Notes under the pieces: model-generated
The model's database searches: none
The model's input: the letters and a program-made list of their open reading frames with translations, nothing else
What the model was told of the DNA's origin: nothing
Assembly (NCBI GenBank): GCA_963664705.1
Contig: OY761556.1
Location: 5,184,001-5,248,000, forward strand
DNA length: 64,000 nucleotides
Direction: 5' to 3'
Origin: Acidobacteriota bacterium
Lineage (GTDB): Bacteria; Acidobacteriota; UBA6911
Position numbers and translations under genes: made by a program
Shown: in pieces, positions 47,612-57,693 of the stretch
Layout of the letters: every line of letters starts with the position of its first letter
How positions within the stretch are numbered: the first letter of the stretch is position 1

Positions 47612-49426
47612 CTAATCGGGCTGGCTGCCGGTTGGAATCAGCCGAGTTGCGGAATTCCAGGCCCGGATGCGTGCGGCATCCGGTGGATTGAGAAAGTGGA
47701 AGTTGTATCGCTTGTTGTTCCGCGTCTTGATTGCCAATTCACTCCCTTTGAGATCGAACATCCGGAGCCCTTTGTAGGATTCATACAGGCTGTGATCCGT
47801 TTCCGATGTTCTGAACTCCATCCCTTCTTCCGTAAACTGAATCGTTCCCCGGCAGCTCGAAAATGTATGTTTGTGCTCCACAGGGAATGGAACTTTGAGG
47901 ATTGAATTTGCCTGGGCTCGATCCTGAAGATCCTGGATCATGGCCTGGAGCTTTTCCGGGCTATATTTATCCGCCCCGCCCAGCTCCTTGGCTTTCCGGA
48001 GATGCTCCTGTGCTTTGGCAAAATTGTTGCGGTGGTAATCGTAAAGCAATCCAAGATTCAGATGGGCCAGGGCATTATTTGGATTGAGGGACAGGCATTT
48101 TTCAAACTGAAGAATGGCGGTATCCAGCTGTTTCTGGTTTTGATAGCTCGCGCCCATATAGAAATAGGCTTCGTCGCTGTTCGGCTCGTATTTCAGGTAC
48201 TCTGCCCAGTCATCAATTGAGTTCTGATAGGCACCCGATCGGAAGGATGAAAGCGCATTCTGACGCAGGGATGTAATCTTCTTGCGCAGTTCCTGCTGCT
48301 CACTGTTCTTCTGTGCGCGCTGCTGCTCCTGTTGCGTCTGTTCCGCGATCTTCGATTCGACCATGGCAAGGCGGCCCTTGCTGTAGGTGTCTTCGGGAAA
48401 ATACTGCACCATCAGACCGAAATCATTGCGGGCACCCTGCCAGTCGGAAGCGGCGATTTTGGTATCGCCTCGCGTCTGCAGCAGTTCCTTCAAATGAGCA
48501 AAGGCTTCCCGCACATAACCGTTATTCTTATCCAGGCGCTGGATACTGCGGATAGCATCCAATGCATTATCTTTATCCGGCGGCACGAGGCTGCCGGCTT
48601 TCAGTGCAGCATCCGCCCGGGCTTTCCAATCCTGGATTTGCTTTTCTCGATCCTGCACGCTTGCATCCAGCTTGGCCGTGACATCCGCAAGCCGTTCCCC
48701 GATCGAGATGTCGTTTGGCAGCAGCAAGAGCAGATTCTTGTACTGCTTTTCGGATTCGAGCCAATCCTCGCGCGCATAGGCAAGCTCGGCCAGCCGCCGT
48801 ACCGTCTCACTCAACTTGGTTTTGACTTCGATGGCATAGCTGTTTGCAGGATCAATAGCCAGAATCTTTTCCGCAAAATACAGGACGTTATAGTCGTCCG
48901 GCGGAGGCAAAAGTATGTTTTCCTTTGCTGCGGTATCCAGCTTTTTGCGCCACGCTTCGACTTCGGCAAGTTGCTCATTGGTCAGTTGGGGCACAATCGG
49001 CTCCATGCTCCAGTGCATGGTTTCCGCCGCATACGGCATCACGGTGACCGGCTGAATCAGATCCTTGAAGCCTTCCTTTGTGCTTTTCAGCTGATGTGCA
49101 CCGCTCCGAAGATCGGTGATCGTGATTGGGGAGGCCCCTTTCAACTTGCCGTCGAGAAATATAAATGCACCCGGGGGAGTCGTCTTGATCGTCAGGCTTC
49201 CGTATTTTGGTTTCCAGTATTGATACAGGAAGGCGGCGGCAAAGCCCACGACCGCACACAGCACAAGGATAGTGATCCCCAACATCAGGGTCCTTATCCT
49301 GATCTGGGCATGTTTTTGCGGAGATGGCGGGTCGACAAGTCTGCCTGCACCCATGGCCGTGCCATCTGCAGGGCAAAACTCGAACGAATCCGGATAGGAA
49401 TTACCGCATTCAGGACACTCTCTCAT
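47612..49426 (-). CDS. Zinc-ribbon/TM/PEGA/TPR protein
   Basis: MRECPECG...FCPADGT, TM, PEGA GSLTIKTTPPGAFIFLDG, TPR repeats. Confidence 0.85.
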   Translation of the reverse strand: MRECPECGNSYPDSFEFCPADGTAMGAGRLVDPPSPQKHAQIRIRTLMLGITILVLCAVVGFAAAFLYQYWKPKYGSLTIKTTPPGAFIFLDGKLKGASPITITDLRSGAHQLKSTKEGFKDLIQPVTVMPYAAETMHWSMEPIVPQLTNEQLAEVEAWRKKLDTAAKENILLPPPDDYNVLYFAEKILAIDPANSYAIEVKTKLSETVRRLAELAYAREDWLESEKQYKNLLLLLPNDISIGERLADVTAKLDASVQDREKQIQDWKARADAALKAGSLVPPDKDNALDAIRSIQRLDKNNGYVREAFAHLKELLQTRGDTKIAASDWQGARNDFGLMVQYFPEDTYSKGRLAMVESKIAEQTQQEQQRAQKNSEQQELRKKITSLRQNALSSFRSGAYQNSIDDWAEYLKYEPNSDEAYFYMGASYQNQKQLDTAILQFEKCLSLNPNNALAHLNLGLLYDYHRNNFAKAQEHLRKAKELGGADKYSPEKLQAMIQDLQDRAQANSILKVPFPVEHKHTFSSCRGTIQFTEEGMEFRTSETDHSLYESYKGLRMFDLKGSELAIKTRNNKRYNFHFLNPPDAARIRAWNSATRLIPTGSQPD

Positions 49427-49471
49427 CGGAGTAGCACGATAACACATCGTGCGCTGATCAACAAATATCAG

Positions 49472-49504
49472 CCGGGAGCGCTCTGCGGAACGAAGCGCTC
49501 CCGG
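49472..49504. terminator. GC-rich hairpin downstream of hydA-like gene
   Basis: ccgggagcgct-11 nt-agcgctcccgg. Confidence 0.5.
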
Positions 49505-49520
49505 GTAAGTTCTGCGCTAT

Positions 49521-50897
49521 CTAGGAGAAGCTAAATTTGGAACGGGACAGAAATTCGCCTGTTCCGGGACGGCCCATGACCTTGCCTTCGCGGGCAATCA
49601 CCCGACCGCGCTGGAGGACGAGCCAGGTCGATCCCCGGACCTTCATCCCTTCATAGGGAGTATAGTCCGATCGGGACAGAGCCATGGACTTCGATATTAC
49701 AAACTCCGCCTTTGGATCAAAAATGACCATGTCGGCATCACTGCCTACTGCAAGCGTTCCCTTGCGAGGAAACAGTCCGAACATTCTGGCCGGAGTTGTG
49801 CAGGCCAGATCGACAAGCTTGTTCGGAGAAATTTTTCCCGTATGAACTCCGGCGGCGCAAAGAAGCGAAAGCCGGTCCTGAATCCCCGGGATACCACGCG
49901 GAGCCTGGGTAAAATTCTCTTTGCCTAGATTCTTCTGCCCGGCATAGTTGAAAGCGCGATGATCGCTTCCAACCGCATGAATGTCTCCACTCGAGATCGC
50001 CTTCCAGAGAACATCCCCGTGCCAGGCAGGACGTAATGGAGGCGTGCAATAGTACTTAATGCCCTCAGACTCTTCATAACGATCGCTCGTCAGCATCAGG
50101 TATTGCGGGCAAGTTTCCGCGTACACCGCCTGTCCACGATCGCGAGCCGCTTTGATTTTTTCGATCGCATGGGCAGAGGAAAGGCTTGTGAGATAAATGG
50201 GAGCTTTGGCCATTTCGGCAATGCTGAGCGCACGGGCGGTTGCCTGCGCCTCCACCTCGGGCGGCCTTGCGCCTGTGATAAACCTCGGAAGCGTCTTCCC
50301 TTCAGCCACCAGCCGGCGCAAAAACAGGTCAATGATCTCACCATTCTCAGCATGCAGGCACGGCAGTGCTCCGGCATTCGTCACGCACTGAAGGAACTCC
50401 AACAACTGAGAATCGTTGACGTGCCGTTCGCCGTTCCCATCCAGTCTGACATGGAAGCTGGTTACCCCTGCTTCCACCATCGCCGGAATCTCGCCGAGAA
50501 TACCGGCATTGACCTCGCACACGGCGATGTGGAGCCCATAGTCCACAATCGCTCGAGTGGCAGCCTTGGTCTTCCAGTCCTCAAGCGTTTGCGCAAGCGT
50601 TGTACCCGGAACCTGTTCCGCGTAATCCACCACCGTGGTGGTGCCGCCGGCCGCCGCGGCAGCAGTTCCTGTCTCAAAATCGTCGACAGTGGTCATTCCA
50701 TCGCACTGCGCATCCATGTGGGTATGGACATCCACCGCACCCGGCAAAACCCATTTGTCTGCTGCATCGATGATCTCGCTGGCAATCTTGGATATCTCTC
50801 TCCCGATTTCAGAAACAATCCCGTTTTTCACCAGCACGTCGGCTTTGTACATGTCGCTAGCCGTTATGATGGTCCCATTCTTAATCAAAGTCGTCAT
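49521..50897 (-). CDS. hydA: Dihydropyrimidinase/hydantoinase homolog (atypical metal site)
   Basis: PGAVDVHTH, AAAGGTTT, HAENG, AETCPQYL, GSDH, PRKGTLAVGSDAD. Confidence 0.85.
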   Translation of the reverse strand: MTTLIKNGTIITASDMYKADVLVKNGIVSEIGREISKIASEIIDAADKWVLPGAVDVHTHMDAQCDGMTTVDDFETGTAAAAAGGTTTVVDYAEQVPGTTLAQTLEDWKTKAATRAIVDYGLHIAVCEVNAGILGEIPAMVEAGVTSFHVRLDGNGERHVNDSQLLEFLQCVTNAGALPCLHAENGEIIDLFLRRLVAEGKTLPRFITGARPPEVEAQATARALSIAEMAKAPIYLTSLSSAHAIEKIKAARDRGQAVYAETCPQYLMLTSDRYEESEGIKYYCTPPLRPAWHGDVLWKAISSGDIHAVGSDHRAFNYAGQKNLGKENFTQAPRGIPGIQDRLSLLCAAGVHTGKISPNKLVDLACTTPARMFGLFPRKGTLAVGSDADMVIFDPKAEFVISKSMALSRSDYTPYEGMKVRGSTWLVLQRGRVIAREGKVMGRPGTGEFLSRSKFSFS

Positions 50898-51689
50898 AAT
50901 CTCTCCAGCATCAATCCCGAGAGTTGTTCAGGAATATCGACAAGTAAAAATACGAATCGAGCCAAGATCGCAGTGAACAGCTGCGGAAATCCCGTGCGAA
51001 AAAAGAGCCTAGCTGCAGAATGTTTCAATCGCCCCGCACACCTGCCGCAGGGCGGTATCTAGTACAACCAGATCTTGCCGTGCTCTGCTTCACCATTTGC
51101 CGGCGGTCTGATATTGCCGATTTTCGTCACAGCTCGAGTATGGAGAGGGCACGCGCATCCGGTATCCCTTTCCGGGCTTTCCACCGGATGAAGCGGGGCA
51201 TTCGGCCCATTTTCCCCTCATCCTTAACTCCACTATTCGTGTCGGTACTCCGCTATCTCGGAGATTTCACTACGATCGAAATTCCTCCGTTTTGGCGCGG
51301 CGTCCATGGCGCCCGCACCCTTTATTGGCGGCAGCCACTCCAGGCCGCCGCAAAACCTAATGTCCAAGGGTGAAAATAAGCAACACCACCCTCAATCCCT
51401 TCGGTCTGCCAGGGGATAAGGCCTGCCTGTAATCGCACTCTTTCGAATCGAATCGGACCGAAGGCGGGGATTTCGGCGATTTGCGCGGCCACTCTGAACC
51501 GCGTACCCCTGCTCGTTTTACGAGCAACCGTGCTGATTATAACAAAGACCGGAGAGGCAGACTACGGATTCCATGGATTAATGCAGAATAATCGAACCGG
51601 AATTTCTCTCTGCACTGTGCTGAAATACCCTCTAACCGCTTGATATTCGTAATCTTCCTGCCGGATACTTAAGCAAATGGAGGCTTCTT

Positions 51690-53339
51690 ATGGACTCCAC
51701 ACCCAGAATCAAAGCGCCTCGCGGCAACCAACTCCAATGCAAAGGATGGCAGCAGGAAGCTGCCATGCGGATGCTGATGAACAATCTGGACGAAGAGGTG
51801 GCAGAGCGTCCTCAGGACCTTGTAGTCTATGGTGGCAGCGGCAAAGCTGCGCGCAACTGGAGCTGTTACTCATCCATCATTCGCTCTTTGCAGCAGCTGG
51901 AAAATGATGAGACCCTTCTGGTCCAATCCGGCAAACCCGTCGGCATATTCCGGACACACGAGTATTCCCCGCGAGTGCTGATCGCCAACTCAAACCTGGT
52001 AGGCCGCTGGGCAGACTGGGAGGAGTTCCGCCGCCTGGAAGCCCTGGGGTTAATGATGTATGGGCAGATGACCGCAGGCAGCTGGATTTATATCGGCAGC
52101 CAGGGGATTGTGCAGGGGACCTATGAAACTTTCGCTGCAGCGGCTCGCCGTCACTTTGCAGGAACGCTGCAAGGCAGGATCCTGGTATCCGGCGGATTGG
52201 GCGGCATGGGAGGAGCTCAGCCCCTAGCGGCCACCATGGCCGGCGCTGCTTTTCTGGGCATAGAAGTGGATCCGGCCCGAATTCAGAAACGAATCCAAAC
52301 GGGATACTGCGACAGGATAAGCTTCAGTCTCGAAGAAGCGCTCGCACTTGTAGAACAGGCCGCCGCCGGAAAAAAGCCCCTCTCGGTGGGACTGGTTGGA
52401 AACTGCGCGGAAGTACTTCCCGAACTTGTGCGGCGCGGTTTTGTCCCGGACCTCCTGACCGATCAGACCAGTGCGCATGATCCACTTAACGGGTACATAC
52501 CCGCGGGGATCTCATTAACCGACGCGGAAGCCCTGCGACGCGATAATCCCGGCGAATACCTTCAACGCAGCATGGCATCCATCGCCACGCATGTACGTGC
52601 CATGCTGGAGCTGCAGGCAAAGGGAGCCATTACCTTCGACTATGGAAACAACCTTCGCGGGCAGGCTTTGAAAGCGGGCGTGGCAAACGCCCTTGATTTT
52701 CCCGGCTTTGTGCCGGCATATATTCGCCCGCTGTTTTGTGAAGGACGCGGTCCTTTTCGATGGGTCGCGCTCTCGGGCGATCCGGAGGATATTGCTCTTA
52801 CCGATGCGCTGGTTCTGGAGATGTTCTCAGAAAACGAAGAACTGTGCCGATGGATCCGGATGGCAAAGGCGAGGATTCGCTTTCAGGGTTTGCCCGCACG
52901 CATCTGCTGGCTGGGCTACGGCGAGCGGGCTGCCCTGGCTCTCCGGATGAATGATCTGGTTGCCGGCGGCAAACTGCATGCGCCCATCGTCATCGGTCGC
53001 GATCACCTGGATTGCGGTTCCGTGGCGTCGCCTTACCGTGAGACGGAAGGCATGAAGGATACGTCCGACGCGGTCGCCGACTGGCCGATCCTGAATGCAT
53101 TGTTAAACACAGCAAGCGGCGCATCCTGGGTTTCATTTCATCATGGCGGCGGAGTTGGAATGGGGTATTCTCTCCATGCAGGACAGGTCACTGTGGCCGA
53201 TGGCACAAACGCCATGCGGGACAGGATTGAACGGGTGATGACGAATGATCCCGGGATCGGTGTCGCTCGCCACGCGGATGCGGGGTATGAGGAGGCTCAG
53301 GAATTCGCCAGAATCCGAGGCATCAGAATTCCAGGCTGA
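51690..53339 (+). CDS. hutU: Urocanate hydratase
   Basis: [43 protein letters not shown]; SD GGAGG. Confidence 0.97.
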   Translation: MDSTPRIKAPRGNQLQCKGWQQEAAMRMLMNNLDEEVAERPQDLVVYGGSGKAARNWSCYSSIIRSLQQLENDETLLVQSGKPVGIFRTHEYSPRVLIANSNLVGRWADWEEFRRLEALGLMMYGQMTAGSWIYIGSQGIVQGTYETFAAAARRHFAGTLQGRILVSGGLGGMGGAQPLAATMAGAAFLGIEVDPARIQKRIQTGYCDRISFSLEEALALVEQAAAGKKPLSVGLVGNCAEVLPELVRRGFVPDLLTDQTSAHDPLNGYIPAGISLTDAEALRRDNPGEYLQRSMASIATHVRAMLELQAKGAITFDYGNNLRGQALKAGVANALDFPGFVPAYIRPLFCEGRGPFRWVALSGDPEDIALTDALVLEMFSENEELCRWIRMAKARIRFQGLPARICWLGYGERAALALRMNDLVAGGKLHAPIVIGRDHLDCGSVASPYRETEGMKDTSDAVADWPILNALLNTASGASWVSFHHGGGVGMGYSLHAGQVTVADGTNAMRDRIERVMTNDPGIGVARHADAGYEEAQEFARIRGIRIPG

Positions 53340-53357
53340 GAGCCCTCTCGCTTTATA

Positions 53358-53762
53358 GCACCGGACTTGCCCGGCTTTTGGGGAGATCTGAATATCCGGC
53401 AAAAATGTGGGCTAATTTGATCAAATCAGGTTCCATAAATAAATGGCGTGATTAGTTTTTATATTTGAACCGCGAAGACCTCGAAGACCGCAAAGATTTT
53501 TTGGCTCATTTTGCTGCTGGGCAATGAGCTAGTGTGATGGATAGGAAAGAAGTTGCTCATCATATCGTCGATTCAGCGGTGGCAATCCATACAGCGCCAG
53601 GATTGTTGGAGTCCGTTTATCAGCGGTGCTTAATGTGTGGAGCATCATGGATGGAATCCACCGTATGATCTGGCGAGAACGATAACCGTAAAACCTGCAA
53701 AATATTTTCTTTGCGGTCTTCGAGGTCTTCGCGGTTAATGGGGTTACTATTCGGTCAAGTCA
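53358..53762 (+). mobile_element. Putative non-autonomous GxxExxY-derived element
   Basis: Insert between the direct repeats; perfect 29-bp IR 53468-53496/53708-53736; homologous to the 9387-11129 units. Confidence 0.75.
53537..53685 (+). pseudogene. Internally deleted GxxExxY protein gene
   Basis: Manual translation MDRKEVAHHIVDSAVAIHTAPGLLESVYQRCL (GLLESVY = GxxExxY), joined out of frame to MDGIHRMIWRER* (family C-terminal DGIxR motif); central nuclease region absent. Confidence 0.88.
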
Positions 53763-53876
53763 GATGCGGGGTATGAGGAGGCTCAGGAATTCGCCGGAAT
53801 CCGAGGCATCAGAATTCCAGGCTGAGAGCCCTCTCGCTTTATATCAGCCAATTCAAACAGGACTCACGAAACTGAA

Positions 53877-54254
53877 ATGATCTATTCGCGCAAAGAGGCA
53901 CGTCGCATTTTGCTGGCGCTTCGTGCAGAAATGCTTGTTTATCTGCAGACTCGTGAGGATGAAACGCACTTCTGCCGACGCTGCCTTCTGCCTCTGCCCG
54001 AAGGCGCATACGATGCCTACGATTTCTGTCCGTGGTGCTCCAAGTCGCAGGGTGGCATGGAACCCCGCCTGGACGAATCACGAAAGATTATTGAAAGCGA
54101 AGAGCTGGAACGGCGGATTGAGATTCAATGCGGGGAATGCGGAGCGGAGTACGAACAACCCGCCCGCTATCCCTACAAGTTTTGCCCGGTCTGTGGAGCT
54201 CCCTTCGCGGCCGAAGACGAAATCATCATCGAGCTCCCCTGGCTTGTATCCTGA
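53877..54254 (+). CDS. Double zinc-ribbon hypothetical protein
   Basis: Four CxxC pairs: CRRC, CPWC, CGEC, CPVC. Confidence 0.75.
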   Translation: MIYSRKEARRILLALRAEMLVYLQTREDETHFCRRCLLPLPEGAYDAYDFCPWCSKSQGGMEPRLDESRKIIESEELERRIEIQCGECGAEYEQPARYPYKFCPVCGAPFAAEDEIIIELPWLVS

Positions 54255-54274
54255 AACCGCGGATTGCCGGCTTC

Positions 54275-55573
54275 TTACTGTTTTCCAAAAACGCGCTCAA
54301 AAATGGCGTCCACATTGCGAAGCTGGAGTTCCGGATTTGCCACCGACTTGATTTCCTCATTCGTAAGGATTTTGGTTATGTCCGGATCTTCGAGCAGAAC
54401 CTGGACAAAATCCTTATCTTCGTCCCACACCTTCATCGAACATCGCTGAATCCAGCGGTATGCGTCTTCTCGCAAGACTCCCTTTTTGGTGAGATCCAAA
54501 AGCAGCTGGCCCGAGAATGCCATCCCGCGTGTTAGGGCAATGTTTTTAAGCATCCGATCCGGGTAAACCACCAGCTTCGAGATAATTTTCGTCATTGCGC
54601 GGAGTATGTAGCACAGGACGCCGGTCGCATCCGGAAGGATCACACGTTCCGCCGAAGAATGGGAGATATCCCGCTCGTGCCACAAGGCCACATTCTCCAG
54701 CGCGCTCACGGCATAGCCGCGAAGGAGGCGCGACAGGCCGGATATTTGCTCGCATTTGACCGGGTTCCGTTTATGCGGCATGGCGGACGAGCCTTTTTGT
54801 CCGGAAGCAAACGGCTCTTCCGCTTCCCGCACCTCTGTCCTCTGGAGATGCCGGATTTCGGTTGCGAACTTATCCAGGCTGGCGCCAACAATTGCGATGG
54901 AGCAAATGAATTCGGCATGCCGGTCTCTCTGAAGCGTCTGCGTGGAAATTGGAGCAGCCTTCAGTCCCATCCTCTCGCAGACAAGGGCTTCCACCTCGGG
55001 ACCCAGGTGCGCGAACGTTCCGACGGCGCCAGACAGTTTGCCGACCGATACTCCCTCTGCCGCATGTTCCATTCTTTCCAGGTTGCGGCGCATCTCATCG
55101 TACCAGACGGCCAGCTTCAATCCGAATGTGGTCAGTTCAGCATGCACACCGTGGGTGCGCCCCATCATGAGTGTTCGGCGATGCTCCTGTGCGCGCACTC
55201 CAATGGCAGCCCTGAGCTCGCGCATGGCGGTCAGAATTTTTTCACTCGCCTGCTTGAACTGCAGACCCCGGGCGGTATCGACGACGTCGGTAGACGTCAG
55301 GCCCCAGTGTATGTACCGTGAATCCGGTCCGACATACTCGGCAACGCTGGTGGTGAAGGCGATCAGGTCGTGATGCGTGATATTTTCGATTTCCTTAATA
55401 CGCGGAACCGAGAAATCCGCCTTCTTTTCGATCGTTTCCATGGATTCCCTGGGGATCCATCCCTTCTCGCACAAAACGCGGCAGGTTTCCAATTCAACAC
55501 GGAGCCAGGTTCGGAACATATTTTCTTCCGACCAGATTTCCTCCATATCTTTGGGCATGTAACGGTCGATCAT
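54275..55573 (-). CDS. purB: Adenylosuccinate lyase
   Basis: MIDRY, HWGLTSTD, GRTHGVHAE, GSSAMPHKRNP, LWHERDISHSS. Confidence 0.97.
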   Translation of the reverse strand: MIDRYMPKDMEEIWSEENMFRTWLRVELETCRVLCEKGWIPRESMETIEKKADFSVPRIKEIENITHHDLIAFTTSVAEYVGPDSRYIHWGLTSTDVVDTARGLQFKQASEKILTAMRELRAAIGVRAQEHRRTLMMGRTHGVHAELTTFGLKLAVWYDEMRRNLERMEHAAEGVSVGKLSGAVGTFAHLGPEVEALVCERMGLKAAPISTQTLQRDRHAEFICSIAIVGASLDKFATEIRHLQRTEVREAEEPFASGQKGSSAMPHKRNPVKCEQISGLSRLLRGYAVSALENVALWHERDISHSSAERVILPDATGVLCYILRAMTKIISKLVVYPDRMLKNIALTRGMAFSGQLLLDLTKKGVLREDAYRWIQRCSMKVWDEDKDFVQVLLEDPDITKILTNEEIKSVANPELQLRNVDAIFERVFGKQ

Positions 55574-55624
55574 AATTGGGTGTCCTCTCTGAATTTCGAA
55601 GAATCGATCGGAACTTTCCTCAGC

Positions 55625-56410
55625 TCAGAATCGATAGATCCTGCTGATCTGGTCGGGACGGGCTAACTCGATTCGCGTTTGCGAAATCATGGGGCCGGAT
55701 CTCGCTTCCAGCCCTCGCTGAGCCGTCAGCAGTGCAAGTTCGGGAAGATTATTTTTCTGGCTGAGGTGGGCCAGTACCACATAGCCGGCTTTTCCGTCAA
55801 AATCATTTTCAAGGTACTGTGCAACGGAATCATTCGAAAGATGCCCGCGGCGGCTCATTACGCGCTGTTTCAAAGCCCATGGGTATGGCCCGACCTTGAG
55901 CATCTGAACATCATGGTTTGATTCCATGATAATTCCATCGCAGCCCTTCAACCGTTCCAAAACGAGGTTGGACAGGTATCCAAGATCCAACACGATGCCA
56001 AGCTTGACCCCATCCTTCTCGACGACAAAGCCCAGAGGCTCGACGGAATCGTGAGGCACCGAAAAGGACGTAAAGCAAATCCCACGTATATCGAATTGTT
56101 CTCCGGCTCGGATAGGCCGATGCTTTGCAGGATCCAATTTCATCTCGGAGCTGCGGAATACCTCCTCGGTCATGAACACCGGGATGTCGAGATCCTTGGC
56201 AAACGGCGCCACACCGCGGCAATGGTCTCCATGCTCGTGTGACACAACGATCGCCGAGATGGTTTCCGGCTCAATATTGCACTCCCTCAGCCGTCTGGCG
56301 GTTTCGCGTCCGCTCAGGCCGACATCCACCAGGATGTGGCTTTCGCCATCACTCACAAGAGTGGTGTTTCCCGAGCTTCCGCTGCCGAGTATCGTGAAGC
56401 TGAGCCCCAT
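55625..56410 (-). CDS. MBL-fold metallo-hydrolase (YycJ/WalJ-like)
   Basis: LGSGSSGN, SHEHGDH, PHDS, ESNHD, GHLSN, LAHLS. Confidence 0.9.
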   Translation of the reverse strand: MGLSFTILGSGSSGNTTLVSDGESHILVDVGLSGRETARRLRECNIEPETISAIVVSHEHGDHCRGVAPFAKDLDIPVFMTEEVFRSSEMKLDPAKHRPIRAGEQFDIRGICFTSFSVPHDSVEPLGFVVEKDGVKLGIVLDLGYLSNLVLERLKGCDGIIMESNHDVQMLKVGPYPWALKQRVMSRRGHLSNDSVAQYLENDFDGKAGYVVLAHLSQKNNLPELALLTAQRGLEARSGPMISQTRIELARPDQISRIYRF

Positions 56411-56412
56411 GG

Positions 56413-57693
56413 TTATGCGTCCAATGGTACCGATTTAAGCTCTTCGCTATTTCGGCTGGTTAACGCCGTTAGAGTGAAATACGATGTATCAAATATTCTG
56501 TTTGCCATATCCCGGATTTCCTGCGCCGTGACGCGTTCCACGCCGTTCAGGATCTCCTCGAGAGTATGGAACCGGCCGTAATGAATCAACTGCTGCGCCA
56601 GGTAGGTCATCCGGCTGCTTGAACTCTCGAGCCCGAGCATGACGGAGCCCTTTATGTTCTCCTTCGCCCGCTTCAGTTCTTCTCCGCTTATGAGCTTCTC
56701 CCGAAGGCTCCTGCATTCCTTCAGAGTCAACTCGACTACTTCCAGCGCCTTTTCAGGCGCACTTCCGGCATAAACCACCAGGGATCCAGCATCCTGGTAA
56801 AGGTTCAGCATGGAAAAGATCGAGTATACCAGGCCGCGTTTTTCCCGGATGTTCTGAAATAGCCTCGAACTCAAACCTCCGCCCAGCACATTGCATAGCA
56901 GGTGTGCGCAGTACCTTTCCGTAGACATAACGGGAGGAGCAATAGTACCCAGGCAGATATGCGTCTGCTCCAGGTGAGTTTTGCGGCGAATCAGACGGCC
57001 GGCATTCACTGCGGGTGCATGCCCTGGATCGGTTACGGTCCCGGTTTCAAGTCCGGAGAAATACTTCTCGGCCAATCGCTGAACGTCGCGGTGCCGGATG
57101 TTTCCTGCCACCGCAACAACCATGTTGCTTGCTTTGTAGTGTTGTCGGAAAAATCCCTTCACGTCCGCGCGCGTAATCTGATTTACAGATTTCTTGGTCC
57201 CGGAAATAGGCCATCCGAGCGGATGATTCTTCCAGAACTTTTCCTGGTACAGGTCGAGTATCAGTTCCTGGGGCGAATCCTCAACCATGTTGATTTCTTC
57301 GAAAATGACATTCCGCTCCCGCTCAACCTCCTTTGCCGGAAAGGCGGGATTCAGAACAATATCCGCCAGGAGATCAAAGGCAAAGGGCAGATGTTCATCC
57401 AGCACTTTCGCGTAAAAACCGACGTATTCCTTTTCGGTAAACGCGTTGAGCTGCCCTCCGACCGAATCAATGGATTCCGCGATGCGGGCTGCGGAGCGGG
57501 TCCGCGTTCCCTTGAACAAAAGATGCTCGATAAAATGGGATATGCCGGTCTTATCGGCTGTTTCAAACCGCGAGCCGCATTTGACCCATACACCCAGTGA
57601 AACGGAACGAAGGTGCGGCATGACCTCAGACGCAATCACGAGGCCGTTTTTCAGTGTTTTTTTCTGTACATCCATAGGTTGTCGGCTCATCAA
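56413..57693 (-). CDS. M16 family zinc peptidase
   Basis: GISHFIEHLLFKGT (HxxEH), LNAFTEKE, SSRLFQNIREKRGL. Start may be 57675. Confidence 0.93.
   Translation of the reverse strand: MMSRQPMDVQKKTLKNGLVIASEVMPHLRSVSLGVWVKCGSRFETADKTGISHFIEHLLFKGTRTRSAARIAESIDSVGGQLNAFTEKEYVGFYAKVLDEHLPFAFDLLADIVLNPAFPAKEVERERNVIFEEINMVEDSPQELILDLYQEKFWKNHPLGWPISGTKKSVNQITRADVKGFFRQHYKASNMVVAVAGNIRHRDVQRLAEKYFSGLETGTVTDPGHAPAVNAGRLIRRKTHLEQTHICLGTIAPPVMSTERYCAHLLCNVLGGGLSSRLFQNIREKRGLVYSIFSMLNLYQDAGSLVVYAGSAPEKALEVVELTLKECRSLREKLISGEELKRAKENIKGSVMLGLESSSSRMTYLAQQLIHYGRFHTLEEILNGVERVTAQEIRDMANRIFDTSYFTLTALTSRNSEELKSVPLDA

Larger units (their letters stand above)
53277..53843 (+). repeat. 81-bp direct repeat pair (53277-53357 and 53763-53843) duplicating the hutU 3' end
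   Basis: gatgcggggtatgaggagg...ctctcgctttata present twice with 1 mismatch (gcca/gccg), period 486 bp. Confidence 0.95.
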
